Positions 1 through 13,135 of a stretch of DNA of 64,000 nt are shown piece after piece. A model generated the notes under the pieces. It had not been told where the DNA came from and did not search any database. It saw only the letters and a list, made by a program, of their open reading frames with translations. The DNA is from Camelus dromedarius (Eukaryota). Each line of letters starts with the position of its first letter. Positions within the stretch are counted from its first letter, which is position 1. The position numbers and the translations under genes are program-made. The DNA lies in the NCBI RefSeq assembly GCF_036321535.1, contig NC_087437.1, positions 9,114,001 to 9,178,000 on the forward strand, in the 5' to 3' direction.

Positions 1-828
1 ATTAAAAACCCATGTACTCTTACTATACCCAGAAGTGAAAGTACAAACTGTCCCCTTGTAAAGAGGAGAGAAAACCACGGTGCCCTTGTCTAAACAAACA
101 ACTCAGGACTCTACCAATATCTTTAAACACCACCCCCCTCTTTCTTTCAGTTATAGACTTGCACAGAACTTTGAGGGGGGGTTGGTCAGACTGACAGAAG
201 AAGTCGGCCATCTTGCATCACTCTTGAGGAGATACATGTCCCCAGTAATGCTCAGCTCCATTCATCTTTTTATCATTCTCAATAGTGAAGAAAATGAGCT
301 AGAAAACACAGACCTAATAAAGAGATGATGTGACACTAAAATAACAAATGGATTTAGTAAATAATTCAAGTAAAATAGCTCTTGATTTGACATCCTGGCA
401 ATACCGTGAAAGATGGCCAACTGTTCAGATGGCTGGCCTGCTACCATGCAGTCACATTTTGTCCTCTGGTGAAGTGAAAACTCATAGACGAACCTACCTT
501 CTAATGGGAGTATGCATATTTTAAGATGCCATGGATTATTTTTAGTCCTACAGCAGGAATTGTGCTTTAGCTAAAAGGAGAGAGATTGAGGCTCAGCATA
601 ATGAAGGATTCTTGCCCGAGTGTGATTAAACACAGAAAGAGGAGGTTCAGAAAATATTTACATAATTTCAAAGGAAAAGATCTTTTGAATCCCTTCAAAA
701 AATGAGTCCTGTCTACCTGTGCTGGACCTCGCCTCTGTTGGAAGCAACAACCTGGATCTGACAAACTTTTAACTTGATAAGTAGCTCTCAGTGGAGTGGT
801 ATTGCCCTCTATAGGGAAATTGGACCTT

Positions 829-897
829 TTTTTTTTTTTTTTTACATTTTTTTATTGAGTCATAGTCATCTTACAATATTGTGTCAAATTCCAATGA
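829..897 (-). mobile_element. Very short 5'-truncated young L1 3' end (camelid/artiodactyl type)
   Basis: poly-T + ttttattgagtcatagtcatcttacaatattgtgtcaaattcc; ggac(c)ttttt on both sides as a probable TSD. Confidence 0.65.
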
Positions 898-2439
898 GGA
901 CTTTTTTTTTAACTGATGTGTTGATTGATGGATGTGAACAGGCATTTATTGGGCAGAAGCCTAGGATGATGGACATCTTGCAATTCTTGAGACCATCTGG
1001 CATGATACAGAAATGTTCTTTATTATGCACAGCTTTCAAAGAATTGCTCGCTAGACAGTCAAATGGCTGAAAAGCCTAATGTTTGTATTTACCTGAGCCC
1101 CAAAACAGCAACTTTTCATAGTAAACTCAAAGTATTTTTTTAACACTTTTTAACTGTATGCGAAATGCTCCAGAAATATAACTACTGTGTTTATAGAGTG
1201 AAGATCTTGCTTTGTTTTGTAAGGAATTTTAAGTAGAGTTGTTAGTTAGTGACTTCAGAAAATTACATGCCAACAGCAATGCTTTTCATGATATTTGGGA
1301 CTTCAGCACATATTCTTATATTAATCTGTATTTGAAGCTGTCACATTTCAGGAATTCTGCAGTTAAGTGGAAACACCTGGCTACTTAATTTATCATCTAG
1401 TCCAGTAGTGTCATAGGATTTGTGTATCCAAATTCTATTATTTTATTATAAATTACATTTCTTTTATATTATGCTTACATTAGAATTTGAGAATTATATT
1501 AATATTTAATGTGTATAGATAGTTCAGTAAGTATGATTGTCATTTCAGGATAGTAAGGAAGCCTTCTGAAGTACTTGTTGTCAAAAGAAGGGAGTGGGGG
1601 CTTACAGTCTGTGCTGCTGGTTAACTAGATTATATGAAAGCTTCAGGTCTTGGACACTGGGTGTAGAGAGCTTTCTCATTCAATTCTAAAGGCACTGCTA
1701 TTGATAGAAATGGTTGAAAATCAATACCATGAAAACTAGAAGACTCAAAGATACTCTTAAATAAATTATCAAAGATTCTTTGGATATTTATATTAAGTCC
1801 CCTAGAATGATGTAAAATTGGATGCACATTGTCTAAACTCTAGCTTGGCTGAAGGGCCTACCAGGCCCCAAAGGTGGGAGTTTCTTTGATCAGGGAGGAG
1901 GAGGGCAGATTCTGCTAAAGTTAGGATAGAATAAGAATCTTCTCTGAGAATTCAGAGACAATGCCCAAAGCCAAAGATTTTTTTTTAAAAATTGTTAATG
2001 GAAGACAAAATACTTTCCTGGTACTCTAAAGAATTCCAATATCATTAGGCAAAAGGCAAAGTATAAAAGTTCAGACATGAAGATAAATATGGGGCCCTTT
2101 AAGGAGAAGACAGCAATCAAAAGTCAGGGGTAAATGATTTATATATTGAGGTATGTTTAAGTAATTGACATTGCCCAAACTAGGAATCATCTGGCTCTGT
2201 TCCCCAGCCCTGGGGGACATCAGGGTAATATACTTATCAAGGTACCATAGGAAGGAAAGGGGACATACCTACAGGCGCCCTCAACTCCTGCTTCTCTTCA
2301 TCTGTAACAGCAGTTCTGCAGTGCCCAGCTTTATATATTTGGGCGAACGAGTAGACCATCATTAAAAAAAAAAATTCTCTGGCTTTTGCAGATCAAAAGA
2401 CACTGTCCTAACCCAAAGCCAGAGTGAACTTCTTCTGTA

Positions 2440-2800
2440 AAGTCTGTTTGGGTTGCTATAAGAAAATACCACAGATGGGGAGGCTTGTAGATAACACAAA
2501 TTTCTTTCTCACAATTTTGGAGGCTGGAAGTCCAAGATCAGGGTTCCAAGCAGAGTCAGGGGAAGGTGAAGGCCCTTTTCTGGGCTGCAGACTGCTGCCT
2601 TCTGGTGGTGTCCTCACATGGTGGAAGGAGCTAAGAAGCTCTGCGGGGTCTCTTTTATAGGAGCACTGATCCCACTGGTGAGGGCTCCACTCAGGACCTA
2701 AGCACCACCTTCTAATATCATCTAGTACCATCCCACTGGGCATTAGGATCAACATATGAATATTGGACAGGAAGGTGGGCCTGAACCTTCAGACCACAGG
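2440..2800 (-). mobile_element. MaLR LTR, MLT1A/B-like
   Basis: Typical reverse MLT1 motifs: gttgctataagaaaataccacaga, ggaggctggaagtccaagatcaggg, cctcacatggtggaagg, attaggatcaacatatgaat. Confidence 0.8.
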
Positions 2801-3290
2801 TGATGGAGTTGAGATAGACTTTTGCACTGATAACCCTCAGTGAACTCTACCCCTCATGCTCCCCCCTTGTACACCCCGCTTCCACATGGACTCTGGACTT
2901 GACCAAGTGACTTGCTTTGGTCAATGGGACATTAGTAAGTGTGACACAAACAGAGGCTTGATAGGTTGTTACACAGTGTGTCTTCCCATCTGGAGCATTC
3001 CCACTTGAGATGCGCAAATGATGGGAAAGCTCAGTTTACCACACGGGGGACCAAATGGAAAAGACTGAAGGAAACTGGCCCAGAGGCAGAACTGAGGCCC
3101 CAGACACATGGCTCCAATGGAGAGGTCACAGGCAGCTCCGGACTGTTTGGGCTTAATCAGCTGAAGCCCAAACCACCGTGGAAAGACACAATCCACCTTC
3201 TTCCCTGTCTCAATTCCCGACTCTCAGAAGGGTGCGCAGCAACAGCAAGAGGGTGGTTGTTTGAAGTCACTAAGTGGCATGAGGGAAACA
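2801..3290 (+). mobile_element. Older MaLR LTR (MLT1F/G/H-like)
   Basis: gacttgctttggtcaatgggacattagtaagtgtgacacaaacagaggcttga and gaactgaggccccagacacatg resemble older MLT1 consensus; subfamily uncertain. Confidence 0.6.
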
Positions 3291-4450
3291 GGGAACCTTT
3301 ATGGTCCTTAGCTAAGCATTCAAGGCTGCTGTACATGTGGAAGCAAAGGTCATATGTTTCAACTATTTTTCGACAGAAATTCTGATAGAAGTCCCTGATC
3401 CTGGTGACTGGGTCAAAATTCAAAGTGTCTCTGGATATAAGAAATAGTATTTTCCAAGACAAAATAATATAAAGTTTTGGGCATGATGTGAATTAAATTA
3501 TTTCCTATTGGTTTGTTTTAAATATCAGTGTCATGCCATTTCCATGCTGTCAGTGTAAATTCTCAATAGAAAATGATGTGGAAAATTGTAAGTTTGGCTC
3601 TTTTTTAAAAATGAAAAGTCACCAAATGAAAAATTTGTTTTTCTATTTAGAGTGGAGGATTCACAGTCCACAGCTCAGTGCCTTCGTACAGAAATATCAT
3701 TAATATTCATTTACGGGTATATAGCTCACTATGTAAATGGACCTTAACATCCATGTACTGCAAGACAGTTAGAAATCTTTAAATATTTGTGCCTTTTCAA
3801 TTCTTAAATTTAGCTCCACATCCCATTGACTGTGTTTTTGCCTGCAGTGGAACATAAGAGCCATTACATTTTAATTCCTCCATCTACTATCTGAGCAAAA
3901 TTAGCACATCTGCTGTGTAAGATCTGTAAGCTCTCCACTAATGCCATGAAATGGCATTCCTACCCTGGCCGTGATCACACCAGCCTCTCCTCCACCCTTA
4001 GTGAGCAATTGTCTCAACTGAAAAAAGAAGGTAAGCCCTCAGCTGGCATAAATGTGTAGCTGTGTGGAAAATCTTTCTTTATCCTGCTGCCAGCGAGAAA
4101 AGACATGCTGTCTCTAAGTGTACACCTTTTGGTAAACACAAGCAGGGACTTCCAAAACACCCTCAATGAGACCAGTAGCCCAACAGCTAAGTCTCAGTGA
4201 TTTTCTTCCTTCTCTGTCCTAATATGAGACTTTGGGCAGGTCACAAAACTTCTGAGTCTCCGTTCACCCAGAAATACACTAGATGAGAAGATAAACTTAT
4301 ATGCAAATCTGTTTTGATATTAATTCCTGGGGGAGGAAGGAGAGTTATGTGCTAATACATATGACTGGACAAATCGCAGAGAGGATATTTATAAACATTA
4401 TTATCTAAGGTTTGACACAAACAAACAAATACAATTCCACAACAACCATC

Positions 4451-4830
4451 GGGATGGCTGGTTTTAGGTGTCAATTTGACTGGGCTACAACATGCACAGA
4501 TAGCTTGTTAAACATTATTTATGGGTGTGTCCAAGAGGGTGTTTCCAGACGAGATTAGCATTTGAATTGGTGGGCTGAGTAGAGCAGAGGTCCCCTCCCC
4601 CACGTGGTTGGGCATCATTCAATGCTTCGAGGGCCTGAATAGAACTAAAAGGCAAAGGAAAAGTTAATTCATTCTCTGTCTGACTGCAGGAGCTAGAACA
4701 TCAATCTGCCCTTGGTCTTCCCAATTCTCAGGCCTTCAAACTCAGATTAGAATCTCCACTATCATCTTTCTAGCTCATAGGTGTCTGAACTACACCACCA
4801 GCTTTCCTGGGGCCGCCTGTACTGGGTGGT
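4451..4830 (+). mobile_element. ERVL LTR, MLT2-like
   Basis: ttttaggtgtcaatttgactgggcta...gggtgtttccagacgagattagcatttgaattggtgggctgagtagagcaga...gagggcctgaatagaactaaaagg. Confidence 0.8.
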
Positions 4831-4894
4831 ATTCCTAACTGCCTTGACAAGGAAAAGTTTATATTGAAATATTTTTGAGTTGCTTTATTTTCTT

Positions 4895-5508
4895 GCAATG
4901 AAATCTGAAGATAAAACTTTAAGGAAGGAGGAGCTGTTTCCTATGGATGAACAAAGAGAGTGGTNNNNNNNNNNNNNNNNNNNNNNNNNNNNNNNNNNNN
5001 NNNNNNNNNNNNNNNNNNNNNNNNNNNNNNNNNNNNNNNNNNNNNNNNNNNNNNNNNNNNNNNNNNNNNNNNNNNNNNNNNNNNNNNNNNNNNNNNNNNN
5101 NNNNNNNNNNNNNNNNNNNNNNNNNNNNNNNNNNNNNNNNNNNNNNNNNNNNNNNNNNNNNNNNNNNNNNNNNNNNNNNNNNNNNNNNNNNNNNNNNNNN
5201 NNNNNNNNNNNNNNNNNNNNNNNNNNNNNNNNNNNNTAGTACCTTAATCAGTTAGCAGCCATTAACATTGAGGCAAGACACTCCACGAGCAAAAAGATTA
5301 CAATTCACCGAAGGCTCAGATGCTGGTTTAAATTTTTTAGCTATAAAATACTGCTATCACACACTTAATAGATTATACTATAGGGTAAATGTAACTTTTG
5401 TATGCTCTGGGAAAACAAGAAAAAATATATGTGCCTACCTTTATTGCAATATTTGCTTTTACTGCAGGAGTCTGGAACCAAATCCACAGTATCTCTGAGG
5501 TGTGCCTA
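4895..5508 (+). mobile_element. Tigger1 (TcMar-Tigger) 3' fragment spanning an N gap
   Basis: EELFPMDEQREW resembles the Tigger1 transposase EELLLMDEQRKW. The 3' part gcaagacactccacgagcaaaaagattacaattcaccgaaggctcagatg...ctgaggtgtgcct matches the Tigger1 end. Confidence 0.8.
4965..5236. other. Assembly gap (N)
   Basis: N run inside the Tigger1 fragment. Confidence 1.
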
Positions 5509-6029
5509 GAATGTTTTTGCAGAATAAGTTTAAAAGAGAATTTTTTCTGTTTTATTTTCAACTACACACTAGTTGTGCAAACACGTTTCCCTGAACTTCA
5601 ACCATGACCTATTCCAATAGGAGGTTATCAGACCTCAGATATTTCTGGGGTAGTGGAGAAGAGGAAAACGTAGATGGAGGAACATAGCCATACTTGCAGG
5701 CTACCATGGAGAATCGTAAAATGAGAAGCTAGAAACCACCATGCCACTTCAGTTTAAATGAGCATCCAGGACAGTGTTAGACGAAAGAGGAGGAGGCTGT
5801 GAGTGCAGGAGGAGAATGAGGAAGAGAACGAAGGGACGTGTTGATGATGAGGTAGGATGAGACAGGAAGTAACTAAGGAATTTCCTGTCATGCTTATGTC
5901 TACTTAATTTCACTCATTTTATTCTGCGATCACCTGATAGTTTTACCCACCTCCCCAGCCTACTGCTCTGCATTATTTCTACTTGTCTTTGTGACTGTGC
6001 ATAGTAACCTTATACCCCACCAGTCTTTG

Positions 6030-6137
6030 TTGTTTGTTTTTCTTTTTTTAATTGAAGTATAGTCAGTTACAATGCATCAGTTTCTGGTGTACAACATAAT
6101 GTTTCAATCATACATATACATACATATATTCATTTTC
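6030..6137 (-). mobile_element. Short young L1 3' end
   Basis: T-rich tail + aattgaagtatagtcagttacaatg...ctggtgtacaacataatg; agtcttt flanks both sides (probable TSD). Confidence 0.75.
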
Positions 6138-6944
6138 ATGAGTCTTTTGATACAACTGTCCCATGCTAGGAAAGTCCCTAATTAGAAGAACCTTCAAAGC
6201 TCCTGAAGGGACAAGGTGAACTCTAGCTGTGACTCTCACTACTCAATGGAAAATGCACCGGACTAAGTCCCAGAAGACACAGGATCTCTCTCACTCCCAC
6301 CGGGAGCATTAGTGCAAGTCACTTAACCTTTCTGAGCCCCTTTCCTGTTTTGTGTCACAGGGGAATGACAATGCCTTCATCCCAAGGTTGTTGTGAATTC
6401 TGAAATGAAAGCAAAATGCTTTCCTCTGAAGTCCTGGAGCATTTCTTCACAAGGGAGTTATCCATCAGATGTTACTGCAATAATGAAAAGGGGTACCAGC
6501 TCCTAATTCTCATCGTCAAAACCCAAACACCTTGACAACATGCAATCGGTCTACATCATATGCTTTCTCTGGGGTTTATACTCTATATTTTTATTTTATG
6601 GAAAGGCTGAATGCTTTCCTTTAAACTGGATCTTCAGTTTCATGTTGTAAAGTCACAAGAATAAAAAGATGAAATGGGTGAGATAGTAAACATTTCTGTG
6701 CCATAAATTAAAAAAATATATTTTTAATCATTCTCTTTTCATTTGGAATATCATTCATGGGGAGAATTCTTCACTATCAGTAGGTTCCTTGTTTAGTTTA
6801 TGAAGAACAGTAGTCATTTGTACCCATGGTAACAACTAAACTCAGTTATGGACCAAATTTTAAAATTGGATGGTGCTCAAGTTGTGCCTGGACAATGTTT
6901 TGCACAAGATGGACTATAAGTCATATGGAATCAGAAATCAGTGT

Positions 6945-7225
6945 GGCAAGCACTCTTCTAAGGGCTTTATCTATATTATCTCACTTAATTATCACAAAAT
7001 CTCCAGAGAGATTACTTCCATTTCATATTTAAGTGCTTTATTAGCATTATTATATTGAATTCTTACAACAAGCCTCATGAATACTATTATCCCCTTTTTT
7101 GGAAGTGAGAAATTGACATTGAGAGAGGTTGAAGCAGTTGAGCAGGACTCCTTAACGTGACAAATATTGAAGATCAAATTCAAACTCCGATCTGTCTGAT
7201 TTGACCATGACACCAAATCCCACGG
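6945..7225 (-). mobile_element. MIR SINE fragments
   Basis: cttacaacaagcctcatga...tattatcccctttttt...gagaaattgacattgagagaggttgaagcagtt (degenerate MIR core). Confidence 0.6.
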
Positions 7226-7884
7226 TTTGGGCAGAAATAAGTATGCAGACATTGTAGAAGAGATGGCATCAGCTAAAGTGCCAAATTAGAGCATTTGCTA
7301 TATTTAGAGGAGAAATCGCCCAATAACATCTCAGTGAAACCAGTTTACAGCTGTCAAGTAACAGCTTTTCATTTACTGCCTTGTGAAAGTTCATGCTCTG
7401 TAAGCACCATCAAAGTACTACACGGTGAGAAAAAGAAATGAACTTGTGGAAATGATGAAAGAAGAAGAAATTGAAGTAGGGGGAGAAACGTGGGAGCAAC
7501 AGGAGCAAAAAGAGGAGAAAGAGACATAAATAATAAAACCATGTTCTGAATGACATTCCGGCAGGATTGCAGAATGATAGCTGCGGCTTATGAAACCCAT
7601 GACAGGGTAACAGCGTCTTCTTACTGAAGGAGATACTAAGTACATATAATTAAAGTCCCTGAAAGAATGAAAACCATCAAAATTAATATTTAAATACTAA
7701 AAAATTCCAGGTTAAATACTAAATTCTGTTCACTAAATGATTAGTAATAGAAAAAAAGAAAAAGGCTGCTTCTATACAGAGCAGCTTTAAGAATTAAACA
7801 TTTTAGGAAATGAAAATGAACCATTTTGAATAATGAACATTTTCTTCTCAAAATCAACCAAAAAAGTTAAAGAAACCAATACAT

Positions 7885-8376
7885 CACTGTATTAATTTGA
7901 TATGGTTTCCATAACAAATTGCCACAAACTTAGTGACTTAGCACAATTTTATTGTCTTACTGATCTGCAGGCCAGAAATCCAAAATGCCTTCTCTGAGTT
8001 AAGATGTTGGTAGAGTGGTTTCTTGCTAGAGACTCGAGCAAAGAACCCATTTCCCTTGCCTGTTCTAAGAGCTTCTAGAACCTGCCTACCTGCCTTGGCT
8101 TGTGACCCTTTCCCCTTATTACTCTAATCTCCTACTCCAATCTCTTGCTTCCATTGTCACATCTCTGACCTCCTCTTTTACAGTCAAATCTTCCTCTGCT
8201 TCCATTTCATAAGCTGACCTGTAATTACAAGAGGGTCAATCCAGGATAATCTCCCCATCTCAAGATCCAAGATGTAATCACGGCTGCAAGGCTCTTCTTG
8301 TGATATAAAGTAACACTCTCAGGTTCCTGGGATTAGGGCATGTATATCTTTGGAGACAATTATTCACCTTACCACA
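7885..8376 (-). mobile_element. MaLR LTR, MLT1C/D-like
   Basis: ccataacaaattgccacaaacttagtgactta...ccaggataatctccccatctcaagatcc...ggttcctgggattagg...attcaccttaccaca. Confidence 0.8.
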
Positions 8377-8499
8377 GTCGCTCTCTAAACTGTATTAAAT
8401 TTCTGAACACACACCTGTGAGACACACAAAGCAATGTGAATCTGTTATTTGAAACTGAAGCTCAGAAACGGACCCAGGCAGGAAGCAATCAAATATGTT

Positions 8500-9850
8500 G
8501 ATTGGATTTAAAAAGAGAAGAAAATTACAAAATCATATCCAAAAAGAAGATAAAATTATATGATACCCAAGGAAGAATAAATGTAAAAGAAAATTAAATA
8601 AGACTCATTATACAACAGACAAGAGAATGAAAATGAGATGCAAATGTTAAAAAAAAAATCAGAGAAAATGGTTGGAATGGAAAAAAGGAAGAAGCACCAT
8701 GATATATGCTAAAAAAAAAAAAGAAAGAAAACATTGGAACAGATCAGATGTGTAAAACTGTGACCTGAGAAAAAGTTCTAGACGTAATAGAAAACCTGAA
8801 AGTGTCCACCAATGTACTGCAAATATGGACGGGCAAGAATCAATTTTGAAGCATATGTTAGTAAAATGATTGGAATTCAAAGACTGTATCTTCAGTGTTT
8901 CTAGACAAAACAAAATAACTTAGAAGGACAAGATAATTACACTGGCATCAGAGTCTTCAAAGCTACGTGCAATTAAGGCACAAAGGAGTGGCATGTTCTA
9001 AAAACTTAAAGAAAAGATGAATAAAGATTTCTCTATTAAGTTCCAGGGCTTTTGGAAAACAGTTTGAAACATGTGCTCCTCCAGTGCTCAGAGAATGCTG
9101 TTCACATACGTTCTTCCTATAGAGTCTACTAGAGGTGACTTTAATCAACCAAGAGATGGCTGGGGAGACTTTGGCAAACAGACCAATAGTGAGTGTTTCA
9201 TATATTTAATTATAGAACTGAGTCTAAAAGCACAAGTGGAAGAATGATATGTGTACATTATATGCTCTGATAAAATAAAGAGAATGAAACTAAAACTGGG
9301 AGGATATGAGAGAGAGAATAAAAGTAGAATAAATCATGGATTATTGTGTAGGAATACTAACTAAGCCTGGCCAGACAGTAATAGGTAAGAAGTACAAGAA
9401 AGCAGGTTTAAGGGCACTTTAAAAGGTGTAAAAATAAAGTTATCTCTAGAACAATCAACAACAAAAGCAAAAACTCCAAACTTTATTAAAAAAGAAAGTT
9501 TTAAAGCAGAGAAGACACGCCAAATGCAGAAAGAAACACAGTGCATGTAAGGCACATAGTAATTTTAAATAATAAGACACAGTTGAGACCAAACATATGT
9601 CACAACAGAAGTCTATAGACCTAACTCATCTTTGAAAGGAAAGACATTTCCACGTTGGCACATAAAGGAAATCTACCTCGATGTGTATACAAGAAAAATA
9701 TCTAAAACATAGTGATTCCAAAAGGCTGAACACAAAGAGAAGGACAAAGGCAAAGGAGAAACTGGTGATTGCAATGTTGATAAAGTCAAATTCAGACAAA
9801 GAATAAAAATAAAACATTAAATGAGACCAAAAGGACATATAATGCTAAGA
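8500..9850 (+). mobile_element. Old degraded L1 (L1M-type), ORF1/ORF2-start region
   Basis: Strongly A-rich plus strand with L1-like remnants (aaatatctaaaacatagtgattccaaaaggctgaa...gataaagtcaaattcaga); no intact ORF. Confidence 0.55.
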
Positions 9851-10357
9851 GTGCATGCTTGAGAGAAAATGGCATTGAGTTCTGCTTCTAGTTCTTTCCA
9901 TAACATTGAGATCTTAAGCAAGTTCACTACCCTGAGCCCCAATTTTTCCGCAGAATAAATGGGAATAATAACTTGACCACACAGACCATATAAATGCAAA
10001 CCACCTTCAAATGGTGGGGAAGCAGTTCTCCGCATCAACCAAATGTTTTCATGCTGAGTGGAATATTCATCCTCTGTTGGCTGCAGGGTCCAGGATATCT
10101 TTAAGTGCTCCTCCAGATGAGTTTTTTAAGTGTGTAATTTAAACCTAAGAACTTCCTGGCCCTTTTGGATTTCCAAGATGACTGAACTATATTCTGGCTG
10201 TAGGTCCCCAGAGGAAGGATCCTATAGTCTCCTGTGGTAACAGGCAGAGAAACAATGGGCAAAAGCTCAGGCAGCGTTTAGCAAAACTCATTGCTTTTTC
10301 CTCCTTTGGTGTCAACATACATTTATTGAATCCTACTCTGTACCTTGTACTTACGAT

Positions 10358-10605
10358 CTTTTTTTTTTTCCTTGAACTAGAGTTGATTTTCATCCTTGTG
10401 TTAGTTCCCAGTGTACAGCACAGTGGTTCAGTTATACATACAGATATGTTCTTTTTCAGATTCTTTTCCATTGTAAGTTATTCCAAGATATTGAATATAG
10501 TTCCCTGTGCTACACAGTAGGGCCTTGTTGTTTATCTCTTTTATATATAGTAGTTATTATGTGCTAATCTCATACTTCTAATTTATCCCTTCCTCCCCTT
10601 TTTTT
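10358..10605 (-). mobile_element. Young L1 3' end
   Basis: poly-T...cagattcttttccattgtaagttattccaagatattgaatatagttccctgtgctacacagtagggccttgttgtttatct...ctaatttatcccttcctcccc. Confidence 0.85.
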
Positions 10606-12328
10606 CTTGTATTGTGACTTAATTAAAACAAGTTATTATTGGGGGAAATGCTGTGCCCTGCACTAAACACTGTCAGGGTTGCAGGTTTAAACAACAGAAA
10701 CACACAGTTCTCAAGGACCTCATGAGGAGGACTGAGTTTCCCATCTTCCTATTCTAAGAGATTCTCATACTCTTGCCTTATAGATTCTGGAAATTATTAC
10801 TTGGCTGCAAACCAGTCTGGAGGACTTTTAAAGCTTGACATGTGGACATAGTTGAAGGATGCACATGACAGCCTATATACCGTCCAATGGGGATCAGGAA
10901 AGGAAACCCAACTTGGTTTTTCACACATTGGATTGGGTTTCCAAAGATGTTGAGTGAAAAAAATCAGAGAGCTTTTCCATGCTGCCACATGAACAGAAAT
11001 TTTTCATCCGAGCACTAAAAGAAGGAAGGATGAAAGGGAGGAAGAATGTGAGAGATAAATGATGAAAGGAAAGAAGGAAGGATGCAAAGAGAGAAGTTGC
11101 CTTATATACATTTACAGATTTTCAAATGCCACATAATTTGGCCTTTGAATATCACTAGAAGGTACCTGTCTTTGATTTCAGCTTTTGCATTATGTATTTA
11201 TGTAAAACACACTTAGCCAGGAGGAGCCTTTGAAATTCTCATTATTATCCATGGGGGAAACTTATAAATTTGTTCCTGCTCATACAAACTCAGAGAGAGT
11301 TGTCTGAGCTCCTCTGTAATTTAATTATTTAATCTGAACTTAACTGTAATATGTCTCTTTTCTTTACTTCTGTCTGTTTGATTGACATGAAATTATCCCA
11401 CAGTTATTACATTTCATTAATACCTTTGGGTCCCGTATTCCCATTTTGTTTTGCCATCATTTGATTATAAATGCATTAGCTAGGATCACTCTAATCCCAG
11501 CTATCCTGTCTCTGATAGTTTGCCACCTACAGAATTTCCAGGTGTATTTTCAGTTTGCAGAGTAAATAGAGAACTGGGAACCTCAGTCCTGAATGGAAAT
11601 TAGAACTGCTCATTGCAGAAGTAGAAACTGAAAACACTGGCATTCAACAGTGTGAGCTGTTTTCATTCTGCAGGAGTTGAAGATTTGAAACAACTTTGGG
11701 CAAACAGTTTATCAGATATTGCAAAACGACCTGACTTAACCATTTATTTGTGCAAGCATAAGGCAGAGGCCATAACAGCAATGCAAATAATGGGGAAATT
11801 TGTGGCGGTGAAATCTAAACAATGCAACAGTCTAAAAACACAACTTAAGTGTATTATAATCATGAATTTTAACAGTTGGCTATGACTTTGTCTGTGGATT
11901 AACTGCTGCGCTTTTTTTATCAAGATAATGCAAATTTAATTCCTAATAATATAAATATTATGCTCATGTTTTCTAAGAGTTTTGATCATGGAAATGAACG
12001 ATTCCGATCCCAAGGGTAGCATGACCCAGATAACAGTGAACAAGAAGGCTAAGTGTCTGTGTTATTTTAATAACAGATGGAAGTACAGCTGGAGGAGGGA
12101 GGTAAATGTTCAAAACCGAGCCCATTAAATCATGTGCTGGGAAGAATTGGAAATGAGCAGGGTGGAGAAGGAGACGGAATCTCACAAGTTTAGGATGAGA
12201 TATGCAAGTCCTTCTAAATCAATGAAAAGTTTTATCATCTCCCAAAAGATATCGATGCTCAATAGAAAGCCACCACTGAAATCAGCTTGGCCTTCCTCAC
12301 AAATGAACCCACCCATCTGTTGTGACTT

Positions 12329-13135
12329 TGTCAAATGAACACTTAGTAAGGAGAGCCCCAGGTCTGCTGTGGGAGGGTGAGCCTCAGGTCAACAAAAGAT
12401 CGCAAGGGAAAGTGAAACAGAGAAGCCAAAAAAAACTCACAGGTCCCGGAAGAAGGACGAGGCACACCTTGAAGGGCCACGTGGCGACGTCACGGCAGAG
12501 AGAAAGCTTCAGGACCTGGGCGGGTCAGTGGGTGGGATGCTTGGGGTACCGAGGCGAAGGCTGATGGGTCAGTTCAAACCAAGAGGAGTGGGGTTTTAAT
12601 AAGCTCCGTGGGGGCCTTCTCTACGGAGGACCCAAGGGAAGGCCCTGGGAAGAGAGGGAGACTTTGCCACAAGGGCCATTGGGAAAGTCACATCAGAAAC
12701 TTAGATCTGCTTATGACTCTGCAGGCTGATCTCTAGGGTGGGAAAGGATTTTACCCTAGAATGGAACCAGAGGACATGAGATGGAGAATCTCACACACGT
12801 GCCCAGAGGAGGGGAGAATTCTAAGAACTGGGAGACTTACTTCCCTTAAATGCCTGATGTACAGAACACTGGATTTTTATCTCCAAACCAACGAATCTCT
12901 GCCAAGAATCTCGCCACATCTTCAAGTTAGTTAACTCACTGCCTGGACTCTGGCTGGACTCCCTCCCCATTTCCCCCTCACCTGCCCCATAAATACAGCT
13001 GCCCCAAACCCTCATCAAACTCATTGCTTGCTATAATTTCCATTTCCTGAATTACAATCCCTCTGCTATTCCCAAATAAACTCGATTTCTGGTGATTTGA
13101 GCTTGCCCCAGTTTACTTCCTTACTTAGGGTGACA
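12329..13135 (+). mobile_element. Probable solo ERV LTR
   Basis: TG...CA termini (tgtcaaatg...agggtgaca), TATA-like cataaata at 12988-12995, AATAAA at 13075-13080. No clean TSD seen; family not identified. Confidence 0.55.

Noticed and set aside
2966-3462. 139-aa and 101-aa ORFs, plus ORFs at 27484-27860
   Set aside because: They lie within MLT1 LTRs and are chance open frames.
10902-10942. 10-bp perfect inverted repeat ggaaacccaa / ttgggtttcc with a 21-nt loop
   Set aside because: Too short for a pre-miRNA or MITE, and one such stem is plausible by chance in 64 kb.
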